Shown piece by piece: positions 29,418 through 39,652 of a stretch of DNA of 64,000 nucleotides (positions are counted from its first letter, which is position 1; every line of letters begins with the position of its first letter). The notes beneath the pieces are model-generated. The model was not told the origin of the DNA. It did not search any database and worked only from the letters and a program-made list of their open reading frames with translations. Source of the stretch: a virus (Duplodnaviria > Caudoviricetes); the IMG/VR virus record IMGVR_UViG_2974749168_000001, positions 4,191 through 68,190 of that record. The stretch is one strand, 5' to 3'. The position numbers and the translations under genes are program-made.

Positions 29418-31784
29418 GTGACCGACGTCCTCGACCTCAACCGGAAAACCCCGGAGGAGTTGCTCCTCGCGGGCAAACAGCTCGCGCTGAAGGCTGACAT
29501 CTGGGACCCGAAGAGTGTCGGCGAGATCGTCGCGAAGATCCTCGACATGTTCGGGCTCGACATCCCGAACTGGGAAGACGCGCTGGCGAATTGGGACGCG
29601 CTGAAGGACGCCTTCGAGGGCAACTACGTCGGCTCCGACCTCGCGCTCAACATCATCCAGAACACCGTCGGCACGATCCGGAGGCTGGCGACCGGCCTGA
29701 TCAACCCGTCCCGGCTGCCGCTGATCCCGTTCTCCCACATCGGCGAGGCCTACCCGAACCTGCTGGAGAACGGCGAGTTCGAGGGGGCCGACTCCCTCGA
29801 TGGCCAGGACATCTGGACCTGGGACGGCACCGAGGGCCGAAACGATCCTGGGTCGGCGCGCACCCACGGCAGCGGGGAGCGAAAGGTGCTGCTGTCCAAC
29901 GCTGTCGCCGCCACCCCGGAGCAGAAGTTCCAGATCTCGGGCTGGACGAAATGGAACGGGGTCTCGGGAGGCGCTGCGGCGCTACGGATCTCGGCCGTCG
30001 CATACGCCGGGGACACTATCGTCGGCGAGACGGTCATCGCGACGATCAACTCCCCGGCGTCGACGCAGGGGTGGACCCAGCTCAGCGGAACCTACGAGGT
30101 CCCCGCGGGAGCGGACGCCGTTCGGGTGCAGGTCGAGGTCGGCGCCAGCGTCACTCTCGGCACCGTGTGGTGGGACGACATGCGCGTCTCGAAGTACGGC
30201 AGCCTCCCGCAGCGCTTCATCGGCGGGCTCGTCGATGCCCTTGGCGACCTCGGCGCCGGAATTGTGGCCGTGGTCAACCAGATCGGTGACTTCTTCGACC
30301 GGATCACCGGCCGCGTCGGTGCCACCATCATCGACATCCAGGAGTGGATCTCCCAACTCGGAACGATCCTGTCCGGCGGGACCGTCGGCGCCGGTCTGCT
30401 CCCGACGTTGTCCAACGGGCTGCGCACCGTCGTCGGAGGCGTTCAGGGGTTCATCCAGAGCGTCATCGACACGATCCTCTCGGCGCTGCGCAAGGTCCCG
30501 GTGATCGGCGGCCTAATCTCCGACATCGGCGACGACATGGAGAATCTCGGGAACACTGCCCAGAAGGGGCTCTCGATCGCTCAGGATGGCCGGACGCTGG
30601 CCCAGAGCACCGTCTACAACATCGCCACCGCTCGGCCGCTGTGGTCCGGCCTGGACCCCACCGCGGAGGTCTCCTTCAACTGGGGCGACCTCGCCTACAA
30701 CACCGGCGGTTCGATCTCGACGCAGACGGTGACCCCGACGATCGCGCGCATCGTGAAGATCCGCTGCCAGGTCGACCAGATCATGAACACCGTGGCCATC
30801 CTCGCCTCGAAAAGCGGGACGTCGCAGTCGATCTACATGAACATCTACCGGTACAACGAGGAGACCGCGAAGTGGGTCCGGGTCTACGCGACCTCGTCCA
30901 GCTTCGCCTCACTGATCGGCGCCTCTCTCAACCGGGTCACCCTGAAGTTCTCCGAGGAGGGCTTCCCGGTCAGCGCGCAGGAGCTGTACGCCTTCGAGTT
31001 CTGGGTGACCGGCGGCAACGTCACCTTCGCCTCGAAGACCTTCCCTGTTGCACCGATCCCTTCGGTCGTGCCGGGAGCCATCGGCGGGTCCCGGAACCCG
31101 ACGACGGCGAACATGAACGAGATCACCAGTGCCGAGATGGAAGCGATCAACGACGGCAACACGATCTACCTGGAGTTCGGCTCGGACCTGGGGCAGCTCG
31201 AACTGCCGCGGCACTTCTTCATCAACTTCGACAACTACTCGTGGCAGAACTGGGTTCGCAACACCGTCGATGGGAACCAGCTCCAGATCGAGAACGGCCG
31301 CGTGGTGTACGGCAACCCTGGAGGAGCCGGTGCCGGGGTGCAAACCGCCGTCTTCGGGTCGCAGACACTCACCGACGACATGGCCATCATCGGGGAGCTC
31401 GTCGAGGAGCCGAAGACCCTGGCGTACTCGGTGTTCGGGATCTGCTCGGACAACACGACGAGCAACAACAACGCCCAGACCGTGCTAATGCGCATCAACC
31501 GGGGCAACGTGGCGATCATGACTGGCGCGACCGTGCGTGCCGATGCCGACGGGACGTATACGGCAGGGTCGTACCGGTTGCGCTACAGCGAGGCGACGAA
31601 CACCTTCACCGCCGAGCGGTGGAACGGTCTGGGGTGGTCCTTCATCGTCGATTGGATCGACTCGGGGAGCGTCGCCGGACACGGGCCTGGTCGTCGCTAC
31701 GGAGTCATCGCGATCCAGTACGCCTTCTTCAACGCCGGACCCGCAATCGACAACGTCCAGATCATGGACCTGGTCGCGGCCTGA
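29418..31784 (+). CDS. Minor tail protein (large, with carbohydrate-binding-like domains)
   Basis: NLLENGEFE (CBM4-like start), lectin-like C-terminus; position. Confidence 0.85.
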   Translation: MTDVLDLNRKTPEELLLAGKQLALKADIWDPKSVGEIVAKILDMFGLDIPNWEDALANWDALKDAFEGNYVGSDLALNIIQNTVGTIRRLATGLINPSRLPLIPFSHIGEAYPNLLENGEFEGADSLDGQDIWTWDGTEGRNDPGSARTHGSGERKVLLSNAVAATPEQKFQISGWTKWNGVSGGAAALRISAVAYAGDTIVGETVIATINSPASTQGWTQLSGTYEVPAGADAVRVQVEVGASVTLGTVWWDDMRVSKYGSLPQRFIGGLVDALGDLGAGIVAVVNQIGDFFDRITGRVGATIIDIQEWISQLGTILSGGTVGAGLLPTLSNGLRTVVGGVQGFIQSVIDTILSALRKVPVIGGLISDIGDDMENLGNTAQKGLSIAQDGRTLAQSTVYNIATARPLWSGLDPTAEVSFNWGDLAYNTGGSISTQTVTPTIARIVKIRCQVDQIMNTVAILASKSGTSQSIYMNIYRYNEETAKWVRVYATSSSFASLIGASLNRVTLKFSEEGFPVSAQELYAFEFWVTGGNVTFASKTFPVAPIPSVVPGAIGGSRNPTTANMNEITSAEMEAINDGNTIYLEFGSDLGQLELPRHFFINFDNYSWQNWVRNTVDGNQLQIENGRVVYGNPGGAGAGVQTAVFGSQTLTDDMAIIGELVEEPKTLAYSVFGICSDNTTSNNNAQTVLMRINRGNVAIMTGATVRADADGTYTAGSYRLRYSEATNTFTAERWNGLGWSFIVDWIDSGSVAGHGPGRRYGVIAIQYAFFNAGPAIDNVQIMDLVAA

Positions 31785-32842
31785 TGTGGTCACCGACGCC
31801 GACCCCGGACCCGACCGTCAACCGCGGGACCGGTTGGTCCCCTGACGGCGTCGCTGAGGTCCCGATCGACAGCGAGATCGGCTGGTGGGTCCGGCAGCAG
31901 CTCATCGCCCGAGCCGAGCACCTCGGCGAGTTCCCTGCGACGCTGGCTGCGCACCTCCGCGCCGTCGCCGAGACCAGCGGGGCCTACCCGGCAACCCTCG
32001 TCGCACACCTGGTCGGCGTCGTCGCGTCGTCGGCCGTATCGACGGCCTCCCTGGTCGCGCATCTCAACGCCGTCACCGAGGCGCAGGCTGAGTTCCCGGG
32101 ACGTACGTCCGTACCAGGGATCGCGCCGATGGAGGCGACCGGCCAGTTCCTCGCGTCGCTCCAGGCGCATCTGCTGGCGGTGCAGACCGGCGCCGGAGAG
32201 CACGTTGCCACCCTCGCCGCACGACTCGTGGCCACCCTCGACGCCAGCGCGACCTTCCCCGGCAGAGGGGCCTACAGCCCGGTCGCGCCGACCACCACGG
32301 CATTCACCACCGTCGGCGCGTTCGCCTACCCGATCCCGGCCTGGAGCATCTACGTCGACGCCATCGGCGTCGGCGGCGGGCGCGGCGGGCAAACCGGATC
32401 CGGTGCGAACAGCCAACCCGGGTCCGGCGGTCTCCCTGGCGTCTGGGCCGGGATCACGCTTCAGCGCGGAGTCGACATCCCCTGGAGCGAGGTCCAGCTC
32501 ACCGGTGTCGTCGGCGCTGGCGGGGCCGGAGGAGCGAACTCGGACAACGCCGCGGGCCAACCCGGCGGGAACACCACGATCACCGCATCGGTCGGGACCC
32601 TCACTGCGGCCGGAGGAACCGGCGTCAACAGCGGCTCGACGAGACGCGATGGTCCGGGTCCTGGCGACTACACTTACCTCGATACCACCTACACCGGCGG
32701 CGCGCTGTCCGACGGCAGCGGGCTCCCCGGCAACCCTCCTGGCGGCGGCGGATCGGGTGGCAACGGCGGTGTTTTCGGCAACAGGACCCGCGGTGGCGCG
32801 GGAGCGAGGGGGCAGGCGTGGCTTCGAGCCCGACAGTCGTAG
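31784..32842 (+). CDS. Minor tail protein with 18-aa repeats and a Gly-rich C-terminus
   Basis: TGATG overlap; GVGGGRGG...GAGGAGG...PGGGGSGG...GAGARGQAW. Confidence 0.8.
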   Translation: MWSPTPTPDPTVNRGTGWSPDGVAEVPIDSEIGWWVRQQLIARAEHLGEFPATLAAHLRAVAETSGAYPATLVAHLVGVVASSAVSTASLVAHLNAVTEAQAEFPGRTSVPGIAPMEATGQFLASLQAHLLAVQTGAGEHVATLAARLVATLDASATFPGRGAYSPVAPTTTAFTTVGAFAYPIPAWSIYVDAIGVGGGRGGQTGSGANSQPGSGGLPGVWAGITLQRGVDIPWSEVQLTGVVGAGGAGGANSDNAAGQPGGNTTITASVGTLTAAGGTGVNSGSTRRDGPGPGDYTYLDTTYTGGALSDGSGLPGNPPGGGGSGGNGGVFGNRTRGGAGARGQAWLRARQS

Positions 32843-33120
32843 AGTTCGAGACCGAGTTCTGGATCGAGTTCGGAGGCTGGATCATCGTCCCTCTCGGGAC
32901 CGAGATTACCGGTCGTCGGGTCGAGGACGGATACCTCATCGTCGAGGCCCGGTGCGTCTACGATTACGGTCCCTTCTCCGACGGCTACGCCCCTGCCTTC
33001 GACTTTCAGGCGGTTCGGTTCGCGGCCACTCTCTTCGGAGAGCTTCTCGATCCTGTCGAGACCACCTGTACCAGCGCGCCGGACGGTGAAGGCGCACGCA
33101 TCACCATCGCCAAGGAGTGA
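32818..33120 (+). CDS. Hypothetical tail-region protein (100 aa)
   Basis: Fills the gap; start uncertain. Confidence 0.55.
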   Translation: MASSPTVVEFETEFWIEFGGWIIVPLGTEITGRRVEDGYLIVEARCVYDYGPFSDGYAPAFDFQAVRFAATLFGELLDPVETTCTSAPDGEGARITIAKE

Positions 33121-33123
33121 CCC

Positions 33124-33465
33124 ATGCCCTCGACCAACGCCGACAAACTCGAAATCGCCGATTACATCGCGAGTCGCGTCAACAAGATCACCCCGCACAG
33201 CGGCGATCCCGGGACCACCGGCGCCAATCGCATTGGCACGCTGGAGGCAGCACTCACGTGGCCCGCGGCGGCGATGAACGGTGCTGTCGCTAGGGCTGTG
33301 AGCAACCCTGCGGCCGTGGTGATCCCCGCCAACACCACCGTGAGTCACTACGGCGTGTGGAATGGGAGCACCTTCCGTCGCGGTTACCCCATGCAGAATC
33401 CGATCACCACCGGCCCGTCGCCGGTGTCGGTCGACCTCACCGCCGAGGTCAACTACACGGCCTGA
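33124..33465 (+). CDS. Tail-associated hypothetical protein (113 aa)
   Basis: AAGGAG RBS; HSGDPGTTGAN...SHYGVW motif typical of actinophage tail accessory genes. Confidence 0.8.
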   Translation: MPSTNADKLEIADYIASRVNKITPHSGDPGTTGANRIGTLEAALTWPAAAMNGAVARAVSNPAAVVIPANTTVSHYGVWNGSTFRRGYPMQNPITTGPSPVSVDLTAEVNYTA

Positions 33466-33516
33466 GTTTCGGATGGGCCCCAAGGCCGGTGATACCGTCG
33501 GGTAACCGGAGGAGGG

Positions 33517-34155
33517 GTGCGAGTGGCTGCTGGCGATGTGGTGTTGAAGTTCGACCACGTGATCATCCCGCAGGAGACCTATTACTGGTGCGGACCTGCG
33601 ACGATGCAAGTGCTCCTGTCGATTCGGGGCATCCATGTCACCGAGAAGTACATGGCCGACCAGCTCGGCACCACGGTGAATGGTACGGACACCATCCTCT
33701 ACCTCACCCGAGAGCTGAACGAGCGTCTCGGTGACATCTACCGCACCGTGCAGGTCCCGGGAGCCGGGAACCTCGACCAGTTCCGGGAGCACGTCTTCCA
33801 CTCGATCGACGCCGGATACGGTGTCGGCGGAAACATCATGGTGCCCCCGGCCAACTACCCTCGGCCGCAGCGGGGAGAGCGCGCGCAGTACCGCGGCGGG
33901 TGGATCTACCACTACTGGTCCATCGTCGCGAAGAACGAGCGCCTCGACCAGATGGCGATCGCTGACAGCGGGTTCCCGGACTACTACTACTGGGTGACCA
34001 GCGAACAGGCCCTCTCGATGATCTCGGGTAAGGGGTACACCTGGGCTGCCAACGCCAAGGTGGCTGACGACTTCCTCGGCCTGCTCACCGACACCGAGAT
34101 CGCGAAGGTGCTCGCCGGTGCCACTCAGGTCGGCGAGCCGCACAGGGGGTCATGA
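33517..34155 (+). CDS. Lysin A, C39-like cysteine peptidase polypeptide
   Basis: QETYYWCGPAT (catalytic Cys), HYWSIV (His), IADSG (Asp). Confidence 0.85.
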   Translation: MRVAAGDVVLKFDHVIIPQETYYWCGPATMQVLLSIRGIHVTEKYMADQLGTTVNGTDTILYLTRELNERLGDIYRTVQVPGAGNLDQFREHVFHSIDAGYGVGGNIMVPPANYPRPQRGERAQYRGGWIYHYWSIVAKNERLDQMAIADSGFPDYYYWVTSEQALSMISGKGYTWAANAKVADDFLGLLTDTEIAKVLAGATQVGEPHRGS

Positions 34156-35177
34156 TGGACGTTGCAACGCTCCGGAAGGCCTTGGCCCCAACGCCCCTCA
34201 GCGACGCCGAGCTGGCGAACCACCTGCCCGCGGTCGAGGCCGCGATGATCCAGGCCGGAGCCACCACGGTGCGCCGGGCCGCGGCGTGGTTCTCCCAGAT
34301 CACCGTCGAGTCCGGCGGGCTCCGGTGGTTCGAGGAGATCTGGGGCCCCACCGCACAGCAGCGCGGGTACGAGGGCCGATCCGATCTCGGCAACACCGTG
34401 CCGGGGGACGGCTACCGATTCCGCGGCCGTGGCCCGATTCAGCTCACCGGTCGCAACAACTACCGCGAGTTCGGAAAGTGGTGTGTCACACAGGGTCTCG
34501 TCACCGACCCCGAACACTTCACGAAGAACCCGGACCTGGTCGCGATGCCGAAGTGGGGATTCCTCGCCGCGGCGAAGTACTGGTCGACGACCTGGCGCCG
34601 CGGGAAGTCGATCAACGAATGGGCCGACGCGGGAGACATTCTCGCGGTCAGCCGATGCGTGAACGGGTGGATCGACGGGTCGTACCCGTACCATTACGCC
34701 GAGCGCAAGAAGAGCTGGGACAACTGCCTCGCACTCGGCGAGGCGATACTACCGGGAGGTTTCCTCATGGCCATCGACGAAGTCGGACAGCGCAAGATCC
34801 TCGGCGCCGCGATCCAGACCGCGGACCCGCAGCAGACCGACGTGGCGAAGGGGGTCATCGGCCCCCGTCCGCAGCGACACACCCAGTTCTACAACGTGGA
34901 CGGGAACCCGTCGCTCGCAGCCAAGGGGAAGAAGCTCGCCTACCTGCGCGCGATGGTCATGGACCTCTGGAACGAGCTCGTCTACGACGGTTACGTCGCC
35001 GAGATCGAGGACCCCGCGCTCGACGACAAGCGCTACGGATCGCCGGTGCGATTCATCACCGCGATCCACAAGAACGTGCGGCAGAGCTTCCTGCTCATCC
35101 GCGCCATCGCCGACAAGGTCGGCGTCGACACCAAGGCCGTACTCGAACCGGCCCCCAGCATCGAGGAGAAGAAGTGA
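34152..35177 (+). CDS. Lysin A, GH19 glycoside hydrolase with C-terminal domain
   Basis: VESGGLRWFEE, YEGRSDLGNTVPGDGYRFRGRGPIQLTGRNNY. Confidence 0.92.
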   Translation: MMDVATLRKALAPTPLSDAELANHLPAVEAAMIQAGATTVRRAAAWFSQITVESGGLRWFEEIWGPTAQQRGYEGRSDLGNTVPGDGYRFRGRGPIQLTGRNNYREFGKWCVTQGLVTDPEHFTKNPDLVAMPKWGFLAAAKYWSTTWRRGKSINEWADAGDILAVSRCVNGWIDGSYPYHYAERKKSWDNCLALGEAILPGGFLMAIDEVGQRKILGAAIQTADPQQTDVAKGVIGPRPQRHTQFYNVDGNPSLAAKGKKLAYLRAMVMDLWNELVYDGYVAEIEDPALDDKRYGSPVRFITAIHKNVRQSFLLIRAIADKVGVDTKAVLEPAPSIEEKK

Positions 35178-35485
35178 CTCTGCCCAGCATCCCGCCCGTC
35201 CCCGCGACCGAGGTCGTCGACCAGCTCCGTGCGGATCTCCAGGCGCAGCCGTGGTTCAAGCGGTTCTCCAACACCGTCAGCTCGGCCGTCGGCGTTCTCG
35301 CCCTGGTCATCTGGGTCGCCGTCACCAACGGCGTGCAGATCGACCCGGCCATTCAGACCGGGGTCGGCGCGCTGCTCGCGGTGCTGACCGTGCTCGGCGT
35401 CCTGAAGACCCCGAACGGCGTCACCCCGCGTGGCGTCGAGAAGGTCGAGGACGCGGCCCTGACGGTGGCGCACCGGTTCGAGTGA
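35174..35485 (+). CDS. Holin
   Basis: GTGA overlap; two TM helices; PW..R..NTV and TPNGVT motifs of actinophage holins. Confidence 0.8.
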   Translation: MTLPSIPPVPATEVVDQLRADLQAQPWFKRFSNTVSSAVGVLALVIWVAVTNGVQIDPAIQTGVGALLAVLTVLGVLKTPNGVTPRGVEKVEDAALTVAHRFE

Positions 35486-35988
35486 CCCGCATCCGGCGCT
35501 TCCGACTTCCCCGAACCGGGCGATGGACTCCCCTCATCCCTCTCCCGGTTCGGGTGGTCATCCTTGCCCTCTGGGCACTGGAGCCGATCTCGCGGGGTCT
35601 GGACTACCTCACCGGTGATCAACCGGGAGTGACCCAGTCGCTCACCAGGATCGAGCAGGCGTTCCCTCTCCAGGTCTGGGGTGGGTTCTGTTTCATCTCC
35701 GGAGTGATGATCCTCGTCGGGTTCGCCGGTCGTTGGCGGCGCCTCGCCATCCTGGGCCTCTACTTCGCCGGAGCGACCTACGTCGCTCTCGGGTGCGGGT
35801 TGGCTGCGGTCGTGATTGAGCGAGGAGGAGATGGGTTCCGCACGCCGGTCATGTTCTTCGTCTTCGGGCTCACGTACTGGGCCGCAGCCATCGGATACAT
35901 GATGAGTGGCCCTCCGGAACTTATCGTTGTGGACAGCAACGATTCTGACGAGAAGGTGCCCGATGGAAGTCCCTCTACCGACCACTGA
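35482..35988 (+). CDS. Lysis-cassette membrane protein (four TM)
   Basis: Four hydrophobic segments; follows the holin. Confidence 0.75.
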   Translation: MTRIRRFRLPRTGRWTPLIPLPVRVVILALWALEPISRGLDYLTGDQPGVTQSLTRIEQAFPLQVWGGFCFISGVMILVGFAGRWRRLAILGLYFAGATYVALGCGLAAVVIERGGDGFRTPVMFFVFGLTYWAAAIGYMMSGPPELIVVDSNDSDEKVPDGSPSTDH

Positions 35989-36388
35989 CAACTTCTGGCT
36001 CACCCTTCTCGTCTTCATCCTGTTCGGGTCCCCCGCGCTGTTCTCCAAGACCGCGGCGAAGCTCCCGGGATTCCTTGGCGCGGCCGGTCGTTGGTGGCAG
36101 AACCGATCCGAGGCCAACTCCAACACCTCGCGCGTGGTCACCGCGGCGAACCTCGAACGGATCATCGACCAGCGGGTGTCGGAGAAGGTCGGCCATATCG
36201 AGCGCGAGGTCGTCGAGCTTCGCGAGGACATCGACGACTACTCGGAGTACCTGACCTACGACGCCGGGTGGCACCGGGAGACGAACATCTATGCCGCGCA
36301 AGCGGGCTTCGAGTTCCCGCCGCCGACACACCTGACGTTCACGCAATGGCAGGAGCGCAAGCGCACCCGGGCCACCTCGGCGGGCTAG
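35963..36388 (+). CDS. Lysis-cassette membrane protein (one TM plus coiled coil)
   Basis: FWLTLLVFILFG then a helical region; last gene before the strand switch. Confidence 0.75.
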   Translation: MEVPLPTTDNFWLTLLVFILFGSPALFSKTAAKLPGFLGAAGRWWQNRSEANSNTSRVVTAANLERIIDQRVSEKVGHIEREVVELREDIDDYSEYLTYDAGWHRETNIYAAQAGFEFPPPTHLTFTQWQERKRTRATSAG

Positions 36389-38934
36389 TCGACGGCCTTG
36401 CGCGACAGTCCCTTGAACACGTAGGCCGAGGTGACCTTCCCGTTCTTGCGCACGCTGGCAGATTTCGTCGTGAACCCGTTGTCGCGCATCCGAGCCATGA
36501 ACTCGCGCTTGTTCATCGGCTCCCGGATCTCTTCGCGCTTGGCCCACTGCCGGTACAGCTCGAACAGCGTGGTGGTGACGATCTTCCCGTCCTCGTCGGC
36601 GACGGTCATCTCCGACAGGAACGTCTGGAAGCTCGACGTCCCGGCGATGAACTTCTTCTGACGCTGGCGCACGAGCACCGGCATGTCGACGTCGAGACCT
36701 TCGGCGAGGTAGTCGATCAGGCCCTCGACGAGCCAGGCCAGCACGGCGCGCAACGCCTCGGGAGACGACTTGATCGGGTCGCTCTCGACCGCGCTCGGCG
36801 GGACCTGCCGGTCGAAGGGGAGCACGAGCAGACGACGCCAGAGTGCCGCGTCGCCGTCCTCAATCGTCGGCATCGAGTTGGTTGCGACGATCGGGGTGAA
36901 CATCGGGGTCTTCTGGACGATCGTGTTGCTGTAGAGAGCACGGGCCGACACCGAGTCGCCGCCGGTGAGCCGCTTGATGACGTCGGAGTGCAGCTTGTTG
37001 CGCTGGCCGACCTCCGAGGCGAACACGATCCGGCGGGGGAAGGCGTTGATCACCTCGGGCATCGGACCCGAGTCCCGCTTCTGGCGGAACAGGCCGTTGA
37101 GGTCGATCGAACCGGCGTAGTCGCCGAGACAGGCCTGCATCGCTTCGAGGATGGTCGTCTTGCCGGTCGAGGTGCCACCCTGGATGAAGATGATGCGGCG
37201 CTGCGGATTCCCTCCGAGGAAGGCGTAGCCGAACACCTTCCGGACGTACCGCTGGTACTCCGGGTCCGGCAGGAACGTGCTGAGGTAGCTCTCCCACTTC
37301 GGGTGGGTGAGACCGGGCTCGTAGGTGGTCGCGGTGTGCTGGAGGATCAGGTCTTCGGGCTTGCCCTTGCGGCACAGCGAGTCGTAGTCGGTGACCACAC
37401 CCTTCTTCGCCGCGACCTCGCGCAGATCCAGGACGCCGTTGCCGACACCCCAGGTCAGCGGATTCGTATCGAACTCGGCCGGGTCGATCGGGTTCTTCGA
37501 GAGCACGTGAGCCATCGACATCGAGTGCTCGATGATGGTCCGGTTGCCCGCCGTGACGGCGCGTTTGTCGAAGGCCTTCGCCGCCTTCAGGGTGTCGTCG
37601 GCTTCCGACATCCCCTGCTCCTCCTGGACCTCAGCCATGTTGTAGTGGCTCACCGCGGCAGCGCGGAGGGAGGCCTGCACCGACTGGGACCAGAGCAGGC
37701 CGTAGGTCTCGGCCTTGGTCAGCTTCACCAGCCGACCGATCTCCTCGTCCCACCAGGCCCAGTCGTCGGTGCCAGTCTTGATCGGCCGAACGACGTCGCC
37801 GAGCGCGTCGAGGAACATCTGCGCGCGGCCGGAGTCGCTGTCTTCGTACTCGCTGGCGTCGACGATCGTGTTGCGGCGCTCGATCATCCGCTTCAGCATC
37901 TTGTCGCGGAACGCCTCGATGTCGATGTCGCCGTCCCTGGCGGTGTACCCGCCGACGGTCGAGATCCGGATCAGATCGTCGGCGATGTCGGCGCGCAGCT
38001 TCGAGACCTCCCCGCACAGCGCGCGGCGCCACTCTCCCTTGGCCTGCAAAATGTCTCGGCGGGCCTCGCCACCGTCGGCCCCGCCGAGGGTCTCGGTCAG
38101 GAAGGCCTTACGGACGCGGCTGATCGCCAGCTTCAGTCCGTGGTGGCCCTCGGCCGCGAGCTGGACGACCTCGTGCAGTCGGCCGAGCATCATGTCGTGT
38201 GCGCCGGAGGACATCTCCTCGGCCAGCTTCTCCGGGTTGGTGGCCCGGTTCATGTGGCCGGACGGCTCCTCTTCGTAGCCGGGGATCTCGGTTTCGAGCC
38301 ACTGCACGGCTTCTTCGACGTCGTCGATCTCCTCGATCACGCGCGACTGGCCAGCTTCGCCCTTGCACAGGTGCTCGACCCACGGCTCCGGCAGCTCCGG
38401 CAAGTCGGTGACGTGCGGCGGGCCGTCCATCGGCTGCTCGTCGAGGTCGTACCAGCGGTAGACCCGGTCGTCGGTCTCCGACGGCCATGCGACGGCGTAG
38501 CGGTGGGTGCGCTGGATGACCTCGATGTCGGGGCCGGGCTTGCCCTTCCACTTCTGATCGGCAGGGACGAGGAAGAACCGGATACCCGACGGGTTGTCGG
38601 GGTCACGCGAGGTGGAGCGGTAGGTCATCGGCAGCGGTCCGAGCTCGTCGATCAGGTCGCGCAGAGTCTCGTAGCCGTGCTTGTCGTCGTACTCGTCGAC
38701 GTCGAGGCCGATGACCTCGACCTTGATCTCTCCCCCGAGGGTGAACCGCGGCATCCGCAGGCCCAGGTTGGACTCCGGGATCTCCTCGATCCAGTCGTTG
38801 ATCTGGTTCTCGTCGGGGTATGGCTTGTTCCCCGTGGTGTCGTCCGGCGGCGGGTACTTCATGCCCTCCGGCAGCGGAAGCGGGCTGTGCCAACCGGCGG
38901 CAAGGTAGGCGTCAGCGTGGTCACCGTAGATCAA
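36385..38934 (-). CDS. Primase-polymerase / D5-like SF3 helicase
   Basis: N-terminal Prim-Pol (IGLDVDEY, SGIRFF); C-terminal GGTSTGKTT, IVFASE, IKRLTGGD, RRLLVLPF. Confidence 0.92.
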   Translation of the reverse strand: MIYGDHADAYLAAGWHSPLPLPEGMKYPPPDDTTGNKPYPDENQINDWIEEIPESNLGLRMPRFTLGGEIKVEVIGLDVDEYDDKHGYETLRDLIDELGPLPMTYRSTSRDPDNPSGIRFFLVPADQKWKGKPGPDIEVIQRTHRYAVAWPSETDDRVYRWYDLDEQPMDGPPHVTDLPELPEPWVEHLCKGEAGQSRVIEEIDDVEEAVQWLETEIPGYEEEPSGHMNRATNPEKLAEEMSSGAHDMMLGRLHEVVQLAAEGHHGLKLAISRVRKAFLTETLGGADGGEARRDILQAKGEWRRALCGEVSKLRADIADDLIRISTVGGYTARDGDIDIEAFRDKMLKRMIERRNTIVDASEYEDSDSGRAQMFLDALGDVVRPIKTGTDDWAWWDEEIGRLVKLTKAETYGLLWSQSVQASLRAAAVSHYNMAEVQEEQGMSEADDTLKAAKAFDKRAVTAGNRTIIEHSMSMAHVLSKNPIDPAEFDTNPLTWGVGNGVLDLREVAAKKGVVTDYDSLCRKGKPEDLILQHTATTYEPGLTHPKWESYLSTFLPDPEYQRYVRKVFGYAFLGGNPQRRIIFIQGGTSTGKTTILEAMQACLGDYAGSIDLNGLFRQKRDSGPMPEVINAFPRRIVFASEVGQRNKLHSDVIKRLTGGDSVSARALYSNTIVQKTPMFTPIVATNSMPTIEDGDAALWRRLLVLPFDRQVPPSAVESDPIKSSPEALRAVLAWLVEGLIDYLAEGLDVDMPVLVRQRQKKFIAGTSSFQTFLSEMTVADEDGKIVTTTLFELYRQWAKREEIREPMNKREFMARMRDNGFTTKSASVRKNGKVTSAYVFKGLSRKAVD

Positions 38935-38943
38935 GGGGATCTC

Positions 38944-39348
38944 CTATATCTCCTGCTCACGGAGCAGAACTTCATCGACGGACTCGAAGTAGAGCCCGCA
39001 GCCTGGACAGACCATGGGGAAGGCGAGGTACTCGCGGAAGTAGCGGACGTGGGCCGGACACAGCACCGCGTAACGGCGGATGAGTCCGGCGACGAAGGGG
39101 ACCGTGGAGATGTCGTATCCCTCGTCGATGAGTTTGATCGGGTTGGACCCCGGCCAGCAGGTGCAGAGGCGAAGGTCGTAGGCCTTGGTCCCGCGGGCCT
39201 GGCAGCCCTTGGGGTCCAGCTCGGCCAGGCTCACCTCGGCGGGTAGCACCCGGTCGAGATTGGCCGACAGCCAGAGCATCTTCTTGGCATCGCAGACCAG
39301 ACCATCAGTCTCGAAATCGAGGCTCTCCAGGGTCTTGTCGAAGTCCAC
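38944..39348 (-). CDS. Hypothetical Cys-rich protein
   Basis: GAGAG RBS; C...CTC...CPAH...CPGC. Confidence 0.65.
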   Translation of the reverse strand: MDFDKTLESLDFETDGLVCDAKKMLWLSANLDRVLPAEVSLAELDPKGCQARGTKAYDLRLCTCWPGSNPIKLIDEGYDISTVPFVAGLIRRYAVLCPAHVRYFREYLAFPMVCPGCGLYFESVDEVLLREQEI

Positions 39349-39652
39349 GACTCTCCTTGTGCGATCGGTTCTGAATGAGTTCGCCGCCGTAGATGCCCTC
39401 GGCGAGAGGGTCGAGCTGTGCCGCGGCGAGGCATTGGACGCGCTGGGTGCAGGCCTGGCACACGGCCTTGGCCATCTCGTGACGCCCCCGGCGCGCGACC
39501 GCGCTCTCCCCCTTCGCGTTCTTCTCGCCGCCGCCGTCGAGTTCGGCGTCCCAGAGCCACGACCCCTGGAATCGAGGCTGGCAGCAGGACGCTTCGCGAC
39601 GGTCGACGGCGAGCTGAGCGGGGGAGAGCAGGCCGAGCGGGATCGGGGTCAC
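39305..39652 (-). CDS. WhiB-family transcription factor
   Basis: C...AKAVCQACTQRVQCLAAA...GIYGG (four-Cys Fe-S motif plus G[IV]xGG turn). Confidence 0.8.
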   Translation of the reverse strand: MTPIPLGLLSPAQLAVDRREASCCQPRFQGSWLWDAELDGGGEKNAKGESAVARRGRHEMAKAVCQACTQRVQCLAAAQLDPLAEGIYGGELIQNRSHKESRGLRQDPGEPRFRD

